A stretch of DNA of 64,000 bases. Origin: Mobula hypostoma. Lineage: Eukaryota. Below, piece after piece: positions 26,001 to 38,000 of this stretch. A model generated the notes under the pieces. It saw only the letters and a list, made by a program, of their open reading frames with translations, was not told where the DNA came from and did not search any database. Positions within the stretch are counted from its first letter, which is position 1. Each line of letters begins with the position of its first letter. The stretch spans positions 224,504,001-224,568,000 of the forward strand of contig NC_086097.1 in the NCBI RefSeq assembly GCF_963921235.1, in the 5' to 3' direction. The position numbers and the translations under genes were made by a program.

Positions 26001-29000
26001 CTCCCGTGCCACCAAGTGTTGTATCATGGTGGAATGTGGCCGAAGTCCAACAGTAAAAAGTTCAATATCCAGTCTGCAAACACGTTCCTCGATCGTAATA
26101 TAACCCGGATTGCAACATCTGTTGTTAACCAGATCAGTAAGCACCCAACTCCTTTACGCTTACCGCTCTCAGTGCACTTACGGTCAGGCAGAACGGTATT
26201 ACCCACCGAACTCCTCTTCTCCATAAGTCTCTGTTGTCCCAACCTGGTCCTCTTTCCTCGGCTTTGTGATCCCCCTCTGCATCCTCATGGTCCACACAGA
26301 GAGTTGCAAGCTGGCTCCATTTCCATTTAGTCTGAATACTTCTTCCATTCCGAGGTTCTTTGACCTCTATATCTCAACATAGTCTTGCATTTCAATCACT
26401 TTCATCTGCTGAGCCAAATACAGCCTGATTTGACCTGCGTATGTTCCACTACCAAGGGCTCTTGTCTGCAAAGCAGCCGGGTATCATTTCCCAAGTCCAA
26501 TTCCATCAAGAAAACTAAAGTCTGTGTAAAACATATTACAGCAAAGTATTTTCTTAAACATGCATTGTTTCAATTTTGTGAAGTTTTATGACCATTCATT
26601 AAATATAACTGAAGCCTTTTTAAAATTAGTTTGGCACATTTGAAATTCAATTCCATTAAATATTTAATGTAAAATTCAGAACATAATGTTTAATGATGGT
26701 TAAAAAAGTAACAGTAATGAATTTATAAATTAATTAATGGCTAAAATATGTTTCAGGCTCATAGGGACACATGTTTTTAATGTTAAGAAAGTTGAAACAA
26801 TACTAGTAAAAGCAAAAAAGAGTCTGGTTAGTCCAGCCTTGGAATATTGTGTCAGTCCTGGTTGCCTCAGTACAGTAAGTATAAGAAGATTTAGAGGGGG
26901 TCCAGAGGAGATTTACCAGGATGCTGCTTGGGTTAGAGAGCATGTTTTGTGAGGATAGATTCAGTGAGCAAAGGCTCTTTTCTTTGGAGAGAAGGTGGAT
27001 GAGAGGTGACTTGATAGAGGTGTACAAGATGATAGGAGACATAGATTGAGTGGATAGCCAGAGACCTTTTTCCAGGGTAGAAACGGCTAATACAAGGGAG
27101 CATAATTATAAAGTGACGGGAGGAAATTATAGAACACACACAAAGCTGGAGGAACTCAGCGGGCCAGGTAGCATCTATGGAAAGGAGTACAGTCGACATT
27201 TCGGGCCAAGACCCTTCCTCAGGATCTCCAGACTGTACTCCTTTCCATAGATGCTGCCCGGCCTGCTGAGTTCCTCCAGCTTTTTGTATGTGTTGCTTGG
27301 ATTCCAGCATCTGCAAATCTTCTCTTGTTTGTGGAGGAAATTATAGTGGGGGGTTGTCAGAGGTACATTCTTTACACAGAGCATGGTGAGAGTATGGACC
27401 ACTCTAGTGGTGATAGAGGCAGATACATTAGAGACATAAGGAACTCTTAAGTAGTCATATGGAAGATAGAAAAATGGACAGTTATGTAGTGGGGTAGGGT
27501 TAGATTAATTATAGAGTAGTTCAAAAGATCAGCAGAACATTTTGGGGCAAAGGGCCTATACTGTGCTGTAATGTTCTCTGTTCTGTGCTCTATGTTCTCA
27601 TACAAAGGAGAGTACAAAATGAGTAAGAAATAGTCCCAAATGGTGAAAGCAAAATGAAAATCAACTGCGGAAAAGGGAGAGGGAGTTTGGAACGAAAGGA
27701 AATTGAGGGAGAAGAAAGACGAGACCTGGAAGAGGAGAAACTCAGTGAATAAAATGAGGGATTAATTATTTCAGGTGGAAACGAGGAGGTTCTTCATCAG
27801 TCAGAGAGTTGTGACCTTTTGGAGTTCTCAGCTGCAGAGAGTTGTGGAAGAATCATTGACTGTGCTCAAGGCTGAGAGAGACAGGTTGGAGTTATTAGAG
27901 GGAAGCCGATTACGTAGAAAAGCAGAGTTAATGCCAGGAGCATAGCCACCATTGTTTTTTTTTAAGTGGCATGACTCCTGGACTTATAGAGTTATACAGC
28001 ACAGAACAGGCCCTCCATGCTGATCTGTTTACTCTTCGACACTAATTCCATTTACCCAGGCTAGGACCTGCCTATTTAAGTGCCTGTCTAAATGTTTCCT
28101 AAATGCAGTGATTGTATGTGATTTCAGCACCTCCTCTAGCGGCACATTCCAGATATCAATCACCCTGTGTTTTAAAAAAACTTTTCCCATCAAATTCCCT
28201 TTGACGCTCCTTCCTCTCATCATAAACCCATGACTTGTTATTTTTGATACCCCCACCGCATGAAAAATAGACTATCTACTCCATCTATGAAAAAGAATGA
28301 ATAGTTAGAATTTGGGCTGAGACCCTTCATCAGGACTCCTTTGTATTATTTCTACCTTCTTAACAATAAAATAGCATATGTTCCCATGAGCCTGAAACAT
28401 ATTCTAGATATTAAGCTATTTATAGATTATAAATTCCTGTTGAAGGCTCTCAGCTTTGGTTGTTGGAGAAGAAAGACCTATTCTCTTCTACACCGACCAC
28501 CCCAATCCCATGGCAGTAAATAAGATGGAACACCCTCTCTTTGACCTCATCATTTACCACCAAACAGAGATTCAGTACCTTTAAGATGAAATAGTATTTC
28601 CCTTACTATTGCATTTTTAGTGAATATACGTCTGTTGTATTACATTCACTGCCTTGATGTGGTCTTTCTATATTGGCAAAAAAAAACAGGTATAAATTGG
28701 GTGATCACTTTGAAGAATACTATTGTTCAGTCTACACAGGTGACTGTGACTTGCAATGGTCTGTTGCTTTGTTCTCCAGGACTGGAAAAGAAGGGAGAAG
28801 AAGTCAGAATAAGGAGGAGGGGGGAAGTTTGTCTTCTTTTCCCTTCCTTTCCAGTCCTAATAAATGGAAAGCAGTAATTATCTTGAAGCTAAAAAATACT
28901 GTCTATAGTAAAGCTTTGCAAACAAACTCTGCATACGGAAGACACTCTATCTGTGAGAAGTAAGATGGGTCTCACTGCACCTGTTTTATTGCTGCTTGAG

Positions 29001-32000
29001 AGCACAGTACAAGACAATGGGTTGTTTAATTTGGCTTGTTTCAAACAGACAAGCTGACTCTAAGTTGCTTAGTTCAAGGAAGCTTGCAGACCAGATCGAT
29101 AATATCATTAAGCAGATCAAATAACTGATGTGTTTAAAACTGGAATGTTTACGTACTCAAGGAAGTTATCTGTACAGCATTAATTATGAACTGTTAACAT
29201 TAAGCTGAGATCTATGTCTCCAAGATGCTTTTAAACTACTTGTGTAAAAAAGGGCATCTGAGAGACTAACAGAAAGTGTGAAGTCAACCAAGTGTTAGTA
29301 AGAAGATGCAGTATAAATGTAGAGAGCAGTTCAGGGTCATTAGGAGTGGTTGAAGAACATCACGAGGAATGACAAGAAGAAGATGTGACTAAGGTCCATT
29401 AGTCTAGCTTAGATTTCTGCAATGGATGTTTCATTTATTTGCATCATTGATAGGTCTTTATTTATAGGAATTGTACCAACAATATATTTTAGAAATCCTT
29501 TGTGTTTTAGAAATGGTTTTTAATTTGGAAATATTTTATAAGATAGAAATCCTCTGAGTTTTAAATATGTTATAAGAATGTTGTTTAGATTTAAACGTGT
29601 GTCACTGAAAATAAATGAAATGTGTTTAAACTACTTTGTTAGCTAGAAGAGAGGGTACCCACTGCCCAGATAGTAGATATTGGCAGCTATAACTCACCAT
29701 GCAGAGTAAACAGGGAAATAAACTAGTCTTTGAAGATTAGGTAGTGCAGTATAATCTCCCTTTAGTGAGAGTACTCATGGCTATTTATATCTGATAGGTC
29801 TTCATTTGAGTTTAGAACTTCGCAGTTGGCAAACCCAATACCATCACACTGTCTCTAAATATATCAACTGATCCTCTGGGTGTTCAAAGCATTTTCCATT
29901 TTTATTTCATATTTTAGATGACAGCTATGTGCAAAATTCACCATGTAATTTTAGAACAGCAGTGGGTCTCAATCCTATTAAGTCAAATACAAGTCTAAGT
30001 TTACTAACCCTTGTGGGAATTTCAGTGGTTAAATGCCAAGTATCTATTGCTTTGTAACAGAAAAACAATTGTTTATACCGTTACAACAAGTACTGCCCGT
30101 TTTGAAAGGGCACTCGAAAGAATAATATGAGGTAAGTTATGACTCATTTTCATAGGGTCCATGTGGAAAATGCATGGCTCTTTGTTGACCTATTGACGAG
30201 GAACAGATCTTCAGGAATACAATGTGTTTCTAATTCATGGTCTAACAAGTGCCTGTCAGACCAGAAGTACTGGTGTGGTTATGAACTTTCCAGGGTTTCT
30301 TATGACTCATGGAATACCACATGGCCAAATTTGCATTGGCAGACAGATATAACACACCCTTTTTTGGATTTTTTCCACATCTTTTTTTAGCTACTCACTC
30401 CTGGCATTGCAAGCTAGAAGCTGAAGCCGTGTAGCATGCAGGCTTTTCCATTGCTGTTAAGTGACGTTCAAATGAGTCTGGACTGTAGTTTTGGATGCTC
30501 ATTTTCTTTGTCCCAGTTCAAGCGATTCAAATCTGGTTCAGTACACCTGCTCTTTCTGTATTGCCTAAAATCAAGCACATCTCATTTGGTGGTGCTAGAA
30601 AGCATTTGTAGCTATCACGTGGTTAATTCGCACTGAATTGACCCTGTGAGGGCTGTGCTCCAGATTCGTGCTGACTGATCATTATCATTATTTCTGTTTT
30701 AGGTTAGCAGCAATCAGACTATTTCCTTTACCCAAACACATTGTACAATCCTTACAATTACACTTTGCATTCTTGTGGAGAAGAATGTGCAGTATAAATG
30801 GAGCCAACAATAGCAAATGGTAGGGACAGGAGTGTGCAGATGGAGAGAGTGCTTGTCATATTAGGCACGTCCTCAGTGGAGTCTAACATCATGGCTGAGT
30901 CCATTGAATACAATGATATCCTTTTTGCCTTACCATCTTTCTCAAAGGTCTCTTTTTTCCTCTCTCTACCTATATTTCCTTAAACGGGATAGAGTAAATA
31001 TATACCTTTTGTTCTGCCGCTGCCTCATCTCAACCTGTTGCATGCCTCCCCTACCCCTCACAGTCTCTCTGTCCTCCCAACTCTGCTCACTTTGCTTCAA
31101 CACCATCCTTCAATGTTTCTGCTAAGAACAGTAACCTGGCCAACTTGTCCTGAATGAACATGAAGAAAGCAAAATGAAGAAACATCGTCATTGGATTTGA
31201 TGCTGAAAGTCTGGGGGGGAAAAACAGAAGTGCTGGAAATCCCAACAGGTCAGGCAGCCTCAATTGAAAAAGAAGGTCAATAATCCTGGTCTGTGACCTT
31301 TCTTCTGAACAAAGGATCATGCATCTGAAAAATTAACAGACACACACACACAAACACACGCTCACTATGCTGAGTTTTTCTGGCAATTCTGTTGAAGTCG
31401 ATATGTCAGAGTTCGAAGACTGCAAAGTAGGATTATGTTCTGTTGCAAAGGGTTAACATGGGAGTTTCACTGTGACAGCCTACAAGTCTGTACAGCAGTG
31501 GTTCAGCTAGTACGACTGCCTTATGGCACCAGTAACCCAAGTTCAATCATGACCACTGGTTCTGTTTGCATGGACTTTGCATGTTCTCCTTGTCGTCATA
31601 ATGACTTCCTCCATGTGCTCTGCATTTCAAAAGCACATTGCTTGTTAGGAGAGTTGGCCAATTTGAATTGGTAGAACCTGCTTGCGTTGGTGGAAATGTG
31701 GAAGAAATGAAATGGGATTAGTTAAGGAATAGTGTAAATTCATGCTTGATGTTCAGCATCTACTTGGTGGTTGGAAAGACCTAGTTCCATGTTTTATGAC
31801 TCTACAACTCTTAAGAACGTGTATGGTGTGTTGGCTCTCAAGATCCATGAGGTAATGTTGCAGCTATACAGGACCCTAGTTAGATCCCACTTGGAGTACT
31901 GTGTTCAGTTCTGATCACCTCACTGCAGGAAGGATATGGATATTATAGAGAGAGTGCAGAGGAGATTAACAAGGATGTTGCCTGGATTGGAGAGCATGCC

Positions 32001-35000
32001 TCGTGAGAATAGTTTGAGTGAACTTGGCCTTTTCTCCTCGGAGAGACGGAGGATGAGAGGTGACCTGATAGAGGTGTATAAGATGATGAGAGGCATTGAT
32101 CATGTGGATGGCCAGAGGCTTTTTCCCAGGGCTGAAATGGCTGACACGAGGGGGCGTAGTTTTAAGGCGCTTAGAAGCAGGTACAAAGGGGATGTCAGAG
32201 GTAAGTTTTTCACACAGGCGGTGGGGGGTGCGTGGAATGCACTGCCAGTGATGAAGGTGGTAGAGGCAGATACAATAGCGTCTTTAAAGGCACTCTTAGA
32301 TAGGTACTTGGAGCTTAGAAAAATAGAGAACTCTGTGGTAGGGAAATTCTAAGCAGTTTCTAGAGTCGGTTACACGGTCGGCACAACATTGTGGTCAGAA
32401 GGTCCTGTAATGTGCTGTAGATTTCTATGTAACGCTAGACAAACTGTATGCAGTCCTGACGAAGGGTCTCGGCCTGAAACGTCGACTGCGCTTCTCCCTA
32501 TAGATGCTGCCTGGCCTGCTGCGTTCACCAGCAACTTTGATGTGTGTTGCTTGAATTTCCAGCATCTGCAGAATTCCTGTTGTTTGCATAATGAAATCTT
32601 TGGTGCCTGGCCCAAAGCCATTTTGTAAAGTCAAGGACGTTGAACACCAGCATCTACCATACACAGAGCTTTGTACAGAGCTTGGAGCCCATCCTTTCCA
32701 GCATGGAAGTGTTGGGTATCTCCTTTGTCACACTTGTGGATCCATCCATTTCATAGTGTTAAGTTTCTATTGTAGCACATTCAAAATTTCTGGCATGTTA
32801 TGTACAGGAGTGGGAGCTTAAACCTGTAATGAAGCCCAGATTGCAGTCATAACAGATACCAGTCTGAGTCTTCGTCCTGGACATCTTCCTTGCCATCAAC
32901 TCTTCATTCCATCTTGTCTTCATTTTCCAACTAGCTTCTGCCACTCAGCCATTTCCAACACTACCCTAACTCTTGGTCTATGAACTGCTTTTCGCCGTCC
33001 CTGATTCTTTCCTCTCCATTCACTTCTGCATTAATCATCTATTATTTTTCAACTGAAAAATTCCAAGAGCCAAAGGAAATGTTTGCGCTAATTGAGCCAT
33101 TTGGACAGTGTGGATCCATCCTGTGATGTGAGGTGTGTGACATGAGTTCTGACTATTTAGTCAGCTGCCAGAATTACTGCTTTGAGAACAATAGTCACAC
33201 TGACGGGAATAACTGATAATTCTGCAAATAAGCTTCATCAAGGGTAATACATGCAATTTCATCATCTTACCTGCCTCTGGAAATTTCAACCATTGAGACA
33301 ATAATTGCCAGAGACATGTTTTTCCGAAGGCAACTTGAGTAACATAGATTGAAATGATATTATCACACTGTGTCCTGTGCGAATGGTAACAGCTGATTGA
33401 TAAATTAGAAAGGAAGAGCCCAGAGTGTTGATTAATGGGAATACAGTTTAATAAGGATGAAGAACTTTAAATGGGATTCTACATAGGGGAAAAAAATACA
33501 TAGAACTTCAGCATCCATGTATCAATTCTAGTTTGTTTTTGTGTATATAAACTACATTGTTACTTTCGTACAATCTTTGATTAAATAAGGCCCTCCGTTG
33601 GTCGGAGTTGACCGTTGATGTAGCGTCCTAGCTGTTCACGTGACTCACAAGCCAGGGCAGTACAATATGGAGAGTGAGCTGTTGTCCATTTAGCAGACTC
33701 CTCCCCCTCCACGTAGCTGATGAACACTAAGAAACAGCAGAGACCAATACAGTTTGGCACCAGTGGCATCGCAGGAGTTGCCAGTCAGTGTTTGACTCAA
33801 TCTAGGGCTGCCTTTGGGATCCCAACTCTGTATTTTTCCTTGGGGTTTACTCCCAGAGCCTTGCTTATGAGCGGGTTTAGCTGCAAGGCAGCGGAGGTTT
33901 GAGGTCAGAGTCTTCCTTCTCCTAGGTGAGCTGCCAACCTCAGCCGACGGAGCCTCATCTTCCTGAAGTGACTGGTTTTAAGGCACCAGTAACTTGCCTT
34001 TGTCCCTTCGCCTGTCAATAGGAATGATTCCACCGGGTTTGGTAACTCAGTCACAAATGAAGGCCAGGAGCTGCTCTTGATTATCAGAGGCTATTTGAGG
34101 TATACGACATTGGGAGTATTTAATAGGTATTGGAGCATGCCCCCGCTACGTCCTCTGGCTATGACACCTTTTAGATTATAGCCTGCATATTCAAAAGGAG
34201 GATGCTCACTGGTGGAATATATCCTTTAGCCATAGTGTCTGAGCAGGAATAGTCACCAGAAATTAAGATGGAAAAGCAAATACTAAATGCAAAATCTTCA
34301 TCCATGGAGTTCATCATGTAATTGTTGGAAAATATGGCATACATCTTAGTTTATAATGCAAAGTGATTTTTTTTCTTCTTACCTTAATACAGATATGGGA
34401 TGAAAATCTTGCAAAATCTGCTGAGTCTTGGGCTGCCACTTGTATATGGGATCATGGACCAAAATATTTACTGAGATTCCTCGGACAAAATCTTTCAGTT
34501 CGCTCTGGACGGTGAATGATTTTTTTTAAAATAGCGTGTTTCGAATTGTGAAGAGCAAAATATTATTTTCTTTTCTATAGAAAGTTAATTTGCTTTTCTC
34601 TGTGCCCTGAGTCATGTCAACCAGGAGGATCCATATTCCCATTCCCACTTGTGCTAATTTGCTACTGTCAGCCTAGCAGTTACTGGTGGAATCAGATGTT
34701 GATCTCAATCGACCAATAATAGACGAGGGAAGAATCAATCAGGATTCTAAGTTCCAGTGGTAGATATTGATAACTGTGCATGCCTTTGAGGGCAGAATAT
34801 GATTTAATTTCAGATCTGGAAACTGCAGATGCTGGAATCTGGAGGAACAAACAAAGAACTTAATGGGTTGAGCAGCATCTGTGAGAGGAAAGGAATTTAT
34901 AATAACTCTTTGACCCCACTGAGCTCTTACTGCAGATTTTTGCTGATTTCAGATCCTCTAGACCAAGGGTTTCCAATGTTTTTTTATGCCATGGACCAAT

Positions 35001-38000
35001 ACCATTAAGCAAGGGTTCCATGGACCCCATTTTGGGAACCCCTGCTCTAGTCTGTCTAGGATCCCACATGAGAAGATGAGGTTCTATAATATGGATTACA
35101 GAGTCAGAATTCTATGCCAGGAAGAATCAGAGGCATGAATCACAAACCAGAGAAAACCTGCAGATGCTGGAAACCAGCAACACACAAAATGCTGGAGGAA
35201 ATCAGTAGGCCAGGCCGCATCTATGGAAGCGAGTACAGTCGATGCTTAGGGCTGAGATCCTTCCTCAGGATTGGAGAAAAATTCTCCAAGTAAAAATAGG
35301 GAATAAAATGATGCAGGTAAGTTTTCTGTAATGGATTTAAGCTGCACCATGCAAGCATATTCTAAGGAAAATGTACTAATAATTCACACTTGATATGTTA
35401 GGCTACTTGTACTGAAAAAAATACAATGTTAGATTAAATTAATAGTTATAATAAGCAGTGTCCACTTATTGTCTAATTATCATCTTAGTATAACTGATCA
35501 TCCACAAGGTTACAAATTAGTTGTTGTTCAAACATACAGGAATACAGTTAAACAATAAAGCTTTACTCCAGGACCAAGATACCAAACATAATACCAACAG
35601 TCACACACACCACAAGGCAGATGTACAGTAGCACTTATAAGATAGCAAGCACATAAGATATCAATAAAATACAGTCACACAAAAATATATAGTACAAGAC
35701 CCCGAGTCCATGAATGTTGCCGGAGTCTGCAGTCAAACACAATACCGTTTGTCTTTTGCAGACGAACACTGGGTGGATGGGGGGATTGGCGGTGGAGGGG
35801 GGGGGGACTGGCAGCACCAACTCCAATGCCTCCCTCGTAGGAGGTTGTAAACAGGCAACACCGTGGCTTGAGGCCTAGTCCTTGCTGTAACTGAGGCAAC
35901 GCAGTTACCCCGCCATCCACCAATAAATCAGTGAATCAGACTTGCAGCGTTCCTCATTAACAACGTCCAACAGGATCTTGTGATCCCAAGAAAAATGACT
36001 AAGGCGATCACTCGCTGTTAGACTGCAAGTTGACCCCACTTGAGAATTTGACTTACACACACTTACTGGAGGAACTCAGCGAGGTAGGCAGCATCTGTGG
36101 AGGGGAATAAATAAGCAGCATTTCGGGTTGAGACCCTTCCATTCCAATGCCATATATAGAGATCTGAATTATTAGAGGTAAAGCTCTTCAGCTGAAAATG
36201 TTAAACCAGGATTCTTTTTTAAGTAACTCATATCAATACGAAAGATTCTCTGAATCCATAGGAAGAAAATAGGATATTATTTGGATTCCCGGTCTATATT
36301 CCTTTTTTCAGTGAATATTGCCAAAGCATCTTTCATCTCAAGTCAAGTCAAGTTTATTGTCATTAACTATGTACATGTACATTGTCAAATAACCATATAA
36401 CAATTACAGCACAGAAAAAGGCCATCTCGTCCCTTCTAGTCCATGCCGAATGCTTACTCTCACCTAGTCCCATCTACCTGCACTCAGCCCATAGCCCTCC
36501 ATTTCTTTCCTGTACATGTAGTTATCTAATTTTACTTTAAGTTACAATATTGAACCTGCCTCTACCACTTCTGCTGGAAGCTCATTTCACACAGCTACCA
36601 CTCTCTGAGTAAAGAAGTTCCCCCTCATGTTACCCCTAAACTTTTGCCCCCTAACTCTCAACTCATGTCCTCTTGTTTGAATCTCCCCTACTCTCAATGG
36701 AAAAAGCCTATCCACGTCAACTCTATCCATCCCCCTCATAATTTTAAATACCTCTATCAAGTCCCCCCTCAACCTTCTATGCTCCAAAGAATAAAGACCC
36801 AACTTGTTCAACCTTTCTCTGTAACTTAGGTGCTGAAATCCAGGTAACATTCTAGTAAATCTTCTCTGTACTCTCTATTTTGTTGACATCTTCCCTATAA
36901 TTCAGTGATCAAACCTATACACAATACTCAAAATTTGGCCTTACCAATGCCTTGTACAATTTTAACATTACATCCCAACTTCTATACTCAATGCTCTGAT
37001 TTATAAAGGCCAGCATACCAAAAGCTTTCTTCACCACCCTATCAACATGAGATTTCACCTTCAGGGAACTATGCACCATTATTCCTAGATCTCTCTGTTC
37101 TACTGCATTCTTCAATGCCCTACCATTTACCATGTATGTCCTATTTTGATTAGTCCTACCAAAATGTAGCTCCTCACATTTATCAGCATTAAACTCCATC
37201 TGCCATCTTTCAGCCCACTCTTCTAACTGGCCTAAATCTCTCTGCAAGCTTGAAACCCTACTTCATTATCCACAACGCCACCTATCTTAGTATCAGCTGC
37301 ATACTTACTAATCCAATGTACCACCCCATCTTTTCTCCAAACCAGAGTGTAAAGCACAGTAGTACACATAACATAACAATAACATGTAAATAAGGATAAA
37401 ATCTACAGATGATTCACGCATAAATAACAAACTAACGTGCACCAATTAAGTATTGTGAGGTACAGAACAGATTAACCAGTGACACTTCGAATGCGATGTG
37501 GCAGGGAGTTCAGAAGCTTAATGGCCTGAGGGAAGACACTGTTTCTGATCCTGACCGTTTTTGTTTTTATGCATCAGAGCCTCCTGCCTGATGGTAGAAA
37601 GTCAAAGAGGATGCTGGATGGACGGGTGGGATCTTTGATAATACCAAGGGCCCTGCGTATGCAGTGCTCCTGATAAACATCCCCGATGGTTGGTAGGGAC
37701 ACCCCTATGATTCTCTCAGCTGTTCTCACCCTTCTTTGTGAGGACTTCCGGTCCGATGCTTGGTTGCTCCCATACCAGAAGGAGATGTAACTTGTCAGGA
37801 CGCTCTCAATGGTGTTCCTGTAAAATTCAGTTAAGATTGGGGGGTCGGGGAGTAGCCTGACTTGCCTCAATCTGCTTAAGAAATGGGGGCGCTCCTGTGC
37901 TTTCTTGTCCAGGGAGGTGATAGTAAGGGATCAGGTGAAGTTATTCACCATGTGAACTCCCAGGGACTTGGTGCACTTAACTCTCTCTACAGAGGAGCCA

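Noticed and set aside
25264..26541. TRIM/LTR mini-element (repeat begins TG and nearly ends CA)
   Set aside because: No PBS, PPT or flanking TSD; the first copy is continuous with an upstream CR1-type tail; the interior is LINE debris.
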